A DNA stretch of 64,000 nucleotides, from the NCBI GenBank assembly GCA_965248575.1, contig CBDFJQ010000002.1, forward strand, positions 3,872,001-3,936,000, written 5' to 3'. The notes under the pieces were generated by a model. That model searched no databases, had not been told where the DNA came from, and saw only the letters and a program-made list of their open reading frames with translations. Shown here piece after piece: positions 9,115-17,485 of this stretch. Both the position numbers and the translations under genes were made by a program. The stretch comes from Planctomycetota bacterium (lineage in GTDB: Bacteria; Planctomycetota; B15-G4). Within the stretch, counting starts at the first letter, position 1. The number at the start of each line of letters is the position of its first letter.

Positions 9115-11962
9115 GGCCGCGCGTTTCTCACGCATTGCGTTGCTCGTGTTGTTCATGAGCACGTTCTCGCCGTGCCTCGCGGCACAAAGTGCTGAACCGG
9201 GCCATGAACAGGACCAGCAGGAGGAGCCGGCGTGGAGGCGCGCACGGATCCCTGCGGCCTCGCTTCGCAAATTCGATCTGTCGCTCGTGCCAGAGGCCGA
9301 CACCCTGTTCGGCATCGTGTCGGACACCCACGTGGAGCCGACCCCGGCCCCTTTCAGCGCAGAGGGCATCGACGACCCCCGGCTGAAATTCCGGATCGGC
9401 ACGCCGTCGCTGACGAACAACGCGCGCTTCGTTCGTGCAGTGGAGCAGATCAATGCCCTCGGTGCCGACTTCACCGTGCATCTGGGGGACATCGTCCGTT
9501 CCATGCCGTTCGGCGTCAGCTTCGACCTGGAGGCGCAGCTCTCGCTCGACATCCTGAGCCAGCTCGAAGCGCCCTACTACCTAGCGCCGGGCAATCACGA
9601 CATCGGCAACAAGCCCAGTATGGGGTTGGCAGAGAAGCCTCCCATGAAACGCACGGTGTGTGACGAGAACACCGAGCTCTACCGCAGCTTCTTCGGGGAC
9701 CCCTTCCTTTCCTGGGACCACGCAGGCAGCCACTACATCGCCCTGAATACCATGGCGTTCAACTCCGGCATCGCTTGCGATGCCGAGCAATGGGCGTGGC
9801 TCCGAGCGGATCTGGAGGCAGCCAAGGAGGCCGAGCACATCTTCCTGTTCGGGCATGTGGCCCTGTACTGGGCCTCGCCAGAGGACATCGGTTTCCGGAA
9901 TTACGAAGTCATCGACGAGCCCGCCCGCTCCGAGCTTCTGGAGCTCGTCGAGCGTTATGACGTCGACGCGGTGTTCACCGGCCATACCCACCACATGTTC
10001 CGCAACAGGTATGGCGAGTCACAGCTGATCACTGCGCCCTCCACTGCCTTTGCGCGCAACACCTGGGCGCTCTACCCGCACATGCCTGCGCGCAGCATGG
10101 ACGCGGCCAAGTTGGCGTACCTCTTGGTGCGCGTGGGCGACGGCCGCGTCATCACGAACCACTTGCGCGTCGTGGAGGGCTTGCCCGCGGCCCAGAGCCC
10201 GCAGGCAGGTGTCCTGCCCGCGCCGTTGCGCGTGCTGACGCTGCAATCTGCCGAAGCAAAGGGCGCTTCCCTGCTGCTGGACGCACCCATCCCGGAGCAC
10301 GTCGAGGCGGGTTGGCAGGCACACGACCTCATCGACGGCCTGGTCTTGCAGCAGCCTGGGGTTCGGGATGGCCGCCACGCGTGGCGCACTTTCGTCGGCA
10401 GCGGCGCGGTGGAGCTTCCGGTGGAGTTGGGAGTGGAGCTGGCGCAGGAGCGGATGCTCGAACGGGTGCAGCTGCGGGGCCTGGGCTTCCAGCTGGATTG
10501 GATTCTCGAGACGAGCCGGGATGGTTCGACCTGGGAGTTCGCGGGGCGCGGGGAAGGCCAGGGCGAAGCCAGCGCGATGGCCGGGAGCAACGCGAGCAAG
10601 TTGGCCAGCCTGCTCGCGGTTGGACAGGTGGGCGAAGCGGGCGATGTGTCTGTGGAGCTGGAGTCCCGTGCAGCCCGCTTCGTGCGGCTGCGGGTCGAAG
10701 ACGAGATGCCAGCGCCGGGTCTTTTTGCACGCTTGATGTTGTCGGAGGTGGAGGCCCTGGATTCCGAGGGCATCAACTGGGCGGCCGCGCAGGAGGGGGC
10801 CAAAGCCTGGTCCACTGCGTTCGGCAGCACGCCCAGGGAGACGTATCGGGACCAGGCCTGGCTCGCGGCCTATGACATGGCGAATCGGCAGGTGCGTGTT
10901 TCAGCCGGAGGGCAGAGCCGTTGGGAGGCCGTAGAGCATCGGCTCGGCGCCTACCAACTGGCACACCCGCTGCGACGGGCCCTGGATGCCGGACGACGTG
11001 AGGGTCTGGAGTTGTGCTTGCCGTTGTCCTGGGAGCACCACGGCTACAGCGCGCAGTCCGAGGACGAGCGCTTGCTCGCCTTCGCTGCCTACTGTCGCTG
11101 GCTCGCAACGGAGCTCGGAGACGACGTCGCGTTCTGGGAGCTGCCCTTCGTGGAGCGAGACGAGCTGGGTTTGCCCGTTGGGCGGACCCTGGATGCGGAC
11201 GAATTCGTGCGCCTGTTCAGGGCCATGCGGATCGAGGTGTTGGCGGTGCTGCCCCAGACACGCTTCGCCGTGAGCGGACTGCCGCTCGGAAACCCGCGCG
11301 TGCTGACGAGCCTGATCGAGCAGCTAGGCCCGATGGTGGACCGGCTCTCTGTGGACCCCCCCCAGGACCAGCTGGTGACGAGCGACGATGCGCTCCTGAG
11401 CATGCTCCAATACCTGCGGCCCTTCCTTCGTGCCCATCCCGATGTCGAGTGGTCGCTGGATCTGCGGCCCTTGGAGGTGTCGGGCGCTCCTGCCCTGGGC
11501 GCCTTGCGCGTGGCCCGTGCATTCCTTCGCTCGCAAGCTGAAGGCATCCGGCTCGGGCTGCGCCTCGACGGCCTCAGCGGCTTGTTGGACGCCGTGGATG
11601 ATCCCTACCCCGCGTTCTATTCCTTGCGTCTCCTGGCCACACTCTTCGATGGCGACCTGAAACCTGTGCCGAACGCACCGGTCTTCCTGGAGGGTGACGA
11701 TTTCGTACAGGATGCGTATCAGCGCGAAGACGGCAGCTGGCTGTTGGCCGCATGGTCCAACCGGAGGGTCGAGGAGCACCGCGCCGAGCTCGTGCTGCCT
11801 GCTGGCATGACGGCGACTGCCTACGACACCCAGAGTTGCACGAGCCAGGAGCTGCGCGTCACGCAGCCCGACCTCGAGGGCACGACTGAGGAGGAGGGGC
11901 AGCAGGCTCGGGCGCTGGGTGTCTTGCTACGCGAGCACCCGGTGGTGTACCTGGTGCGCTAA
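9095..11962 (+). CDS. Exported multidomain protein: calcineurin-like metallophosphoesterase plus discoidin-like and glycoside-hydrolase-like regions
   Basis: Metal motifs SDTH, HLGD, GNHD, GH and GHTH in the N-terminal third; SRDGSTW and ARFVRLRV (F5/8C-like); WEAVE...G.Y and FAAYC..LA (clan GH-A-like). Confidence 0.7.
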   Translation: MPPLPAEAARFSRIALLVLFMSTFSPCLAAQSAEPGHEQDQQEEPAWRRARIPAASLRKFDLSLVPEADTLFGIVSDTHVEPTPAPFSAEGIDDPRLKFRIGTPSLTNNARFVRAVEQINALGADFTVHLGDIVRSMPFGVSFDLEAQLSLDILSQLEAPYYLAPGNHDIGNKPSMGLAEKPPMKRTVCDENTELYRSFFGDPFLSWDHAGSHYIALNTMAFNSGIACDAEQWAWLRADLEAAKEAEHIFLFGHVALYWASPEDIGFRNYEVIDEPARSELLELVERYDVDAVFTGHTHHMFRNRYGESQLITAPSTAFARNTWALYPHMPARSMDAAKLAYLLVRVGDGRVITNHLRVVEGLPAAQSPQAGVLPAPLRVLTLQSAEAKGASLLLDAPIPEHVEAGWQAHDLIDGLVLQQPGVRDGRHAWRTFVGSGAVELPVELGVELAQERMLERVQLRGLGFQLDWILETSRDGSTWEFAGRGEGQGEASAMAGSNASKLASLLAVGQVGEAGDVSVELESRAARFVRLRVEDEMPAPGLFARLMLSEVEALDSEGINWAAAQEGAKAWSTAFGSTPRETYRDQAWLAAYDMANRQVRVSAGGQSRWEAVEHRLGAYQLAHPLRRALDAGRREGLELCLPLSWEHHGYSAQSEDERLLAFAAYCRWLATELGDDVAFWELPFVERDELGLPVGRTLDADEFVRLFRAMRIEVLAVLPQTRFAVSGLPLGNPRVLTSLIEQLGPMVDRLSVDPPQDQLVTSDDALLSMLQYLRPFLRAHPDVEWSLDLRPLEVSGAPALGALRVARAFLRSQAEGIRLGLRLDGLSGLLDAVDDPYPAFYSLRLLATLFDGDLKPVPNAPVFLEGDDFVQDAYQREDGSWLLAAWSNRRVEEHRAELVLPAGMTATAYDTQSCTSQELRVTQPDLEGTTEEEGQQARALGVLLREHPVVYLVR

Positions 11963-11981
11963 CTGGTGTGCTCGTGCGGCG

Positions 11982-12263
11982 TCAGGCGTCGACGAGGTGC
12001 ACGACTCGCGTGACCTCGGCGCGGGGGATGGCGGCCCCGTTGTTGGAGACGGCGAAACCGAACTTCTTGCTCTTGGCCACCCAGTCATCCGAGCTGTCGG
12101 GGTCATGGGATGTGTCATGGACGGCCACGCCCATCATGTGGACGACGCCCTCTGACTCTTCGCCCCAGCGCCCGATGTAGGTACGCGTGCCGTTCGTGAA
12201 CACCACCACGGTCTTGCCGTGGAGGTCGTCATGCCCTGGGTGAAAAACGCCGTCGTGTGCCAT
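11982..12263 (-). CDS. Small hypothetical protein (93 aa), possible Sm-like/small beta-barrel fold
   Basis: ATG at 12263 with good GC3 codon usage; LHGKTVVVFTNGTRTYIGRW...IPRAEVTRV pattern. Confidence 0.65.
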   Translation of the reverse strand: MAHDGVFHPGHDDLHGKTVVVFTNGTRTYIGRWGEESEGVVHMMGVAVHDTSHDPDSSDDWVAKSKKFGFAVSNNGAAIPRAEVTRVVHLVDA

Positions 12264-12348
12264 GCCAAGGAACTTAGCGGTGAGGCGCAGGCGCTGTCCA
12301 GTCAACGCCCGCCCGACAAAGGCCGGGCGAGGCGTTGGGAAGCAGAGA

Positions 12349-12870
12349 TCAGGCGGACTCGAAGGGGTCCACGTCGGCGGTGGGGCCATAAACGGAGGGG
12401 ACCGGCACGTCGAGCAGACGCAGGTAGACCGTCAGTTGCCCCCGATGGTGGTAGAGGTGGTTGAACAGGAAGCTGCGCAGAGCCGCGCTGCGAGGCAGGC
12501 TCATGAGGTGCTTGCCCTCCTTGGCGACCTTCCACTCGCTGGCGAGCTCTTCGGCAGACCAGTTCTGGAGCGCGTGGCGTGCGGTGGCCAGGCTGGCATC
12601 AAAGTCATGGAGCAGCGCTTCGCTGGAGCTGGCCTCGCTGAAGCCCTGGCCATCGGCGAAGTCGAAATGGTCTTGGCCGAGCATCTCTGCCAGCCGCCCC
12701 GGGATGTCCGCCACATGCTGGGCCTGCTCTCCCAGGGAGAGGGAACGGGGGTGAGGCTTCCAGCCCAACTTGTCCGCGGGAAGGGCGGCCAGAACGCTCC
12801 GGGTGGCTTGGGACTCCTGGTCCAGCTCGGCCAGCAGGGCAGCAGCTGCGGGGAGGGAGGCGGTGGTCAT
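12349..12870 (-). CDS. DinB family protein
   Basis: WKPHPRSLSLGEQAQHVA and FNHLYHHRGQLTVYLRLLDVPVPSVYGP. Confidence 0.9.
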   Translation of the reverse strand: MTTASLPAAAALLAELDQESQATRSVLAALPADKLGWKPHPRSLSLGEQAQHVADIPGRLAEMLGQDHFDFADGQGFSEASSSEALLHDFDASLATARHALQNWSAEELASEWKVAKEGKHLMSLPRSAALRSFLFNHLYHHRGQLTVYLRLLDVPVPSVYGPTADVDPFESA

Positions 12871-12940
12871 GGGGGGCCTTTCGGTAGGGATTCGTGAGAT
12901 CGCGCTAGTCACTTCACTTTCAGGAGTTATTGACTCTAGG

Positions 12941-12969
12941 GCAGTCACTTCAAAAAGGCAAGTGACTGC
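12941..12969. promoter_or_regulatory. Inverted-repeat operator between divergent dinB-like and HxlR-family genes
   Basis: Perfect GCAGTCACTT-N9-AAGTGACTGC; a second AGTCACTT half-site at 12907-12914. Confidence 0.7.
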
Positions 12970-12989
12970 TTTCCGGTTAGGCTTTGGGT

Positions 12990-13412
12990 ATGTCCCCTGA
13001 ATCCGACGAGCCCTGTCTGCGATCCGCCTGCCCCCTGGCTGCCGCCCTGGACTTGCTCGGAGACCGCTGGTCGCTGCTGGTCCTGCGAGACGTGCTGCTG
13101 TTCGGGAAATCCCTGTTCCAGGAGTTCCTGGCGTGCCCGGAGGGGATCTCCAGCAACACCCTGGCGGACCGTCTCAAGCGCTTGGAGGCCGCGGGGGTCC
13201 TGCAGCGGGAGCCCTATCAGGATCGGCCCGTCCGCTACCGCTACACGCCGACCCAGAAGGGGCGGGACCTGCTTCCGCTCATGCGCGAGGCGATTCTGTG
13301 GGGCGGCAAGCATGTGCCTGGAGCACACCAGGCCACCCCCGAGCAGCTGGACGAAATGGAGGCAACGGTGCGCGCGTCGGGCGAGGGACCTTCGACGGCG
13401 CCCGACGCCTGA
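12990..13412 (+). CDS. HxlR/DUF24-family winged-helix transcriptional regulator
   Basis: RSACPLAAALDLLGDRWSLLVLRD, EGISSNTLADRLKRLE and YTPTQKGRDL. Confidence 0.92.
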   Translation: MSPESDEPCLRSACPLAAALDLLGDRWSLLVLRDVLLFGKSLFQEFLACPEGISSNTLADRLKRLEAAGVLQREPYQDRPVRYRYTPTQKGRDLLPLMREAILWGGKHVPGAHQATPEQLDEMEATVRASGEGPSTAPDA

Positions 13413-13451
13413 TCGAAGTCGGAAGCGCGTCCTGGCAGGCTTCCTGCCGGA

Positions 13452-16124
13452 CTACAGGGGGGACAGGACGAGCACCAGGATCTCGGCGTCGTCGGGGCTC
13501 CAACTGCGCTGCAGTGTCGCGTGGCCTTCGGCAGAGGCCACAAGCTTCAAGGGACTGGGGGGGAGCAACAACTTGGCGACGAAAGGGCTCTCGAGCCCGG
13601 GCACGGGATAGGCCTGGGCATTCTCGCCGGCTGGGTCGAGGCTGGTGCTGGCCACCTGGGCGTCGTCCTCGTCGAGAGCCAGGACCTGGACGGGTGTGTT
13701 GAGCGGTCGGAGGCTTCCTTCTGCGATCTGGGTCTCAAGCCAGGCACCCAACTGCCATCCAGGGGTCCCCGAGACCGGGGCGGGCTCGCTTGGGCTGCCG
13801 CTCAGGATCAGCAGCAGCACGGTGCGTTGGCTGGCCTCGCCGTAGACCAACTCGATGGGCTCGTTGGGTTGGGCGCGCAAGTCGACCGGGTACTCCCGGC
13901 GCGGCCCCAGCCAACCACGCTTGGCGTGGACGACGATGCGCGCGGCGGGGAGCCCCCCGGCGATGGCTTTGCCATCCTCGTTCGTGCGCAGCATCGAATT
14001 GCGGCTACCGGGCCCGCTCTCCACCATGAGGGATTCGCCGTCCTGGCTCTCGAACGTGAGATTCAGTTCGACGGGTGCGCCGCTGCTGTCGACGACATGG
14101 AACCCCACCCGTCGCGTCGGAAGGAACTCGATGTCCAGCCGGTGCTCCCCTTCGTCGTACTCCCGGGCTCCCGCAGACCACGGTGCGTAGCCCTCGGACC
14201 CAGCGTTGATCAGGATCATGCCTTCGTCGAGGCCCGTGATGCGGAAGCGCCCCTCAAGGTCCTCGAAGCTGTAGCTGCTGCCAGCGAAGCCGCCGCCCGC
14301 TCCGGCGTGCATTGGTGAGATTTGGAAGCGCTCCGTGATGGGAAGACCTGTGACACCATCCCGGGCCACACCCGTCAAGGTGACGCCGAGGACGGCGTTG
14401 GGGTCCAGCACGATGCGCAGGTCCTCCCTGCCGGAGCGGACATCCACACTCGCCTGTGTGTTGCCATCAGGAGAGGTTGCATCCACGCGGAACAGACCGT
14501 CGTAGAGGTTGTGCACGGCAAAGGCACCGCTGGCATCGGTGCGCAGCACAGGCCTCCCGAACTGGGCTTCCCAGGTGGGCTTCGGGAAGATGGTCATGTT
14601 TCCGTAGTCCACGAGGCGATCCCCCTCGACCGTGAGGGTGGCCCCTTCCACCGGCTCGCCGTCCTGGTTGACGACCACTCCGGCGAGGGGGCGCTCGGCG
14701 CGCAGCGTCAGATCGACATGATGGGCTCGGCCCTCTTCGAGCACGATGGGTTGCTCCACGTGCACGGCATGGCTGGGTGCCGTCACGGAGAGGGACGCGC
14801 CCGTGTCAGGCGCCAGGCCCTCGAAGCTCAGCAGGCCCTGCTCATCCGCAGTCGTGTTGTCGGCGTTGTAGCCCGGTCCGCTTCGTGATCCGAGACGTCC
14901 GCGAGCCCCTGGTAGTGGTGCGCCGGTGGGGTCGGTGACCCGGGCAGTGAGCCTCAAGCCGGTGATGAGCTCGATCTCCAGCGGGCCGTCGCCGGGTTTG
15001 TGCTCTCCCGTCCATTCGCGGTGGGCGTCGTGCCGGGCGCTCACTGCATACGAGCGTTGGCAGAGCCCTTCGATCAGGAAGCTGCCGTCCGGCTTGCTCA
15101 CGGCGCTGCGCGGCGGCGGGCCAAAGGCAAACATGCCTTCATGCTTGGTGATGCGCTGGGCTGCGGGAAGCCTGGTGCTGAGACGGACCTCCGCTTTCAC
15201 GATGTCCTCGCCGTGGCTGCCGCGGACCGATCCGCCCACGTCTCGTCGCTTGGAGACCACCAGCCGCAATCCGGTCAGGCTTGATTCGAGCGGCACGCTG
15301 CCGTTCAGACCTGTGTGCGGTGCCATGCCTTCAGCTCGGGCGAGCAGGACGACGTCCGGCCCCAGGTGCGGAAGCTGGAACGCACCGCTGTTGTCCGTCT
15401 CCAGGCTGACTTCGGGGGCGGCATAGGCGTCGGCATTCATCCTGTAGTGCCGCCGGGACCAGGCATGAACAATGGCGCCCGGCACCGGCCGACCTTTGAG
15501 ATCGAAGACGGTGCCCGAGAAGCTGGAGCCGCCGTGCACCTGGAAGTCGAAGTGGCTGACACTCCCGGCTTCGAGCTCCCGCCTCTCGGACTGCTTCTGG
15601 GTGGGTGAGCGCGAGCCGGCTTGGATGACGAGTTGTGAGATCGTCACGGCACCCTCGAACGCGAACGAGTAGCGGCCGTCCTCATCGGTCCTGGTGACGA
15701 GGGTGGTGGAGGCCTTCGAATCCGAGAGGCTCTGCTCGAGTGCGCTGGAGGGTGTGACATGCGCCGTCAATTGCAGATCCGTGGCGGGCAGATCATCGGT
15801 TGCGTAGGTCACGCGCCCCTCAAGCCTGGCCATGGCCTCGCTGTCGCTTGCCGTCAGGGTGGCCGTCGGCGGTGGGGTTCTGGCTTTCTCCGACAGCTCC
15901 AGCGACCGGACCTCCGCAGCCTCTGTGCCGGGAAGTGCGGGCGGGAGCTCCATGCCCGGTTTTTGCTGCTCAGTCGCGTGCGAACCGCGGTCGCCCGGCG
16001 AACTCTCCGCGGACTCCTGTCCGTCGTCGGAAAGCACCGTGAGGGTCGCTACCAGGGCGAGCAGGATCACTGCTCCAGCCACCACCGTCATGCCTCGATT
16101 CATGGGGGCGAGGATACTCCTCAC
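13452..16124 (-). CDS. Membrane-anchored protein with multiple carboxypeptidase-regulatory-like (beta-sandwich) repeats
   Basis: N-terminal TM segment; repeated G.V.D..G.PV.GA.V and TD..G.F motifs. The start may be 16103. Confidence 0.8.
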   Translation of the reverse strand: MRSILAPMNRGMTVVAGAVILLALVATLTVLSDDGQESAESSPGDRGSHATEQQKPGMELPPALPGTEAAEVRSLELSEKARTPPPTATLTASDSEAMARLEGRVTYATDDLPATDLQLTAHVTPSSALEQSLSDSKASTTLVTRTDEDGRYSFAFEGAVTISQLVIQAGSRSPTQKQSERRELEAGSVSHFDFQVHGGSSFSGTVFDLKGRPVPGAIVHAWSRRHYRMNADAYAAPEVSLETDNSGAFQLPHLGPDVVLLARAEGMAPHTGLNGSVPLESSLTGLRLVVSKRRDVGGSVRGSHGEDIVKAEVRLSTRLPAAQRITKHEGMFAFGPPPRSAVSKPDGSFLIEGLCQRSYAVSARHDAHREWTGEHKPGDGPLEIELITGLRLTARVTDPTGAPLPGARGRLGSRSGPGYNADNTTADEQGLLSFEGLAPDTGASLSVTAPSHAVHVEQPIVLEEGRAHHVDLTLRAERPLAGVVVNQDGEPVEGATLTVEGDRLVDYGNMTIFPKPTWEAQFGRPVLRTDASGAFAVHNLYDGLFRVDATSPDGNTQASVDVRSGREDLRIVLDPNAVLGVTLTGVARDGVTGLPITERFQISPMHAGAGGGFAGSSYSFEDLEGRFRITGLDEGMILINAGSEGYAPWSAGAREYDEGEHRLDIEFLPTRRVGFHVVDSSGAPVELNLTFESQDGESLMVESGPGSRNSMLRTNEDGKAIAGGLPAARIVVHAKRGWLGPRREYPVDLRAQPNEPIELVYGEASQRTVLLLILSGSPSEPAPVSGTPGWQLGAWLETQIAEGSLRPLNTPVQVLALDEDDAQVASTSLDPAGENAQAYPVPGLESPFVAKLLLPPSPLKLVASAEGHATLQRSWSPDDAEILVLVLSPL

Positions 16125-16127
16125 CCG

Positions 16128-17240
16128 TCACGGATTCGGCAACTTCCGGGCGAGGGTGTACCAGGCGAAGAACTCTTGCTCGACCTCTTCGGCGGTGCCC
16201 CAGTCCAGGAGCATGCCCTGGCGACGGGTCGCCTCGTTGTCCTCGCGGCTGAACTCCAGCAGCTCGAAACCGGCGGCCTCCCATGCCTCCCGCGTGAAGG
16301 GCGAGCGACCGTCGGCCCAGGGGATATAGGCCTCATCCTCGGCGGCTTCGGGCGGACAGATGTTGTAGATCATCGCCAACCCGCCTGGCTTGAGGATGCG
16401 ATGCAACTCGGCCAGGAACTGCTCGTCGCCCACGCCCAGATCGATGGTCATGCGCGGGTCCACCTCACGCGCCGGATGGATGTAGCCCCGCTTGAGGGTG
16501 TTCTTGCTGAGGAACACGTCATAGCCGGCGCCGACTTCGTCGACGACCCCGGGCTCCGCTGGCCAACGCCCCTCGATCAGGGTGACGCGTCCGCCGGGTG
16601 CAGACGCGCTGGATTGGTTGGCGGCTCCGGCGACTGGCCCCTGATCGCCGGGCTCGCAGTAGAGGGCCTTGAGGAATGAGTCCACGTCGACTCCGCGAGC
16701 GTCCGCCCCTGCGAGAGCCAGCGTGCGCAAATGGCCGAGCGTTCCGTATCCCAGGTCGAGAACGCGCAGGCCATGCCAGGAGGACACGCCGGCGGCGCCG
16801 AGCAGGTCCAACGGGCGGCTGTACGCAAGGGGAGATCCGTAGCGGGTGAGGTAGAAGGTCTCCGGGCCGAAGGACTGCTCGTCGAGGGCAGAGCGCTCCT
16901 GCTCGGGAAGAGCAGAGGCGGCCGCTGGAGAGAGGGCGCGGCCCGTGCTTGGCGAGCGGTAGATGGTGCGGGCTTCCGGAGGCGGAAGATGTTCGACGGC
17001 TTTCAGGAAGGCCTTGCCGGCATCACTCTGAACGAGGGCTGTCAGCGAAGCTGCTTCTGCACGAAGTTGTTTGAGCAGTGTCTCGGCGGCCTGCACCTGC
17101 TCGTCGTCGGATTCTTGAGTGCAGGGAGTCACAGGGGCGGGGAGTGCGAGTGGGCCGCACAGCGCGGCCACGGGAGTCGAGCTGCCGAGCAGGGCGAGGC
17201 TGCTTGCCGCAATCGGGATGAGGCGTGAGAGGGCGATCAT
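16128..17240 (-). CDS. Class I SAM-dependent methyltransferase-like protein with N-terminal signal-like segment
   Basis: RVLDLGYGT (motif I), GVDVD, YDVFLS and LHRILKPGG. Confidence 0.7.
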   Translation of the reverse strand: MIALSRLIPIAASSLALLGSSTPVAALCGPLALPAPVTPCTQESDDEQVQAAETLLKQLRAEAASLTALVQSDAGKAFLKAVEHLPPPEARTIYRSPSTGRALSPAAASALPEQERSALDEQSFGPETFYLTRYGSPLAYSRPLDLLGAAGVSSWHGLRVLDLGYGTLGHLRTLALAGADARGVDVDSFLKALYCEPGDQGPVAGAANQSSASAPGGRVTLIEGRWPAEPGVVDEVGAGYDVFLSKNTLKRGYIHPAREVDPRMTIDLGVGDEQFLAELHRILKPGGLAMIYNICPPEAAEDEAYIPWADGRSPFTREAWEAAGFELLEFSREDNEATRRQGMLLDWGTAEEVEQEFFAWYTLARKLPNP

Positions 17241-17485
17241 GAGGTGATTCCGAGCAGGAGGAGTCGAATCAGCGCGGCTCACAGGGTGGAGCAGGGGCCG
17301 CACGCGCGCCTCTGTCGATCCGGTGACCGTTGAATGTTTGCTCGTCTCCGCCGTCCCCTTCAGCGGGCCGCCACGTCGAGTCGCACCTGTGGCGTTAGGA
17401 TGGTCGCCCTGCCTTCACGAAGGTTGCCTGGGCCTACCGGCCGAGCGCCTCTCCCCTTCTCACCTCCTCGGTTTCGGAGTGCCTC

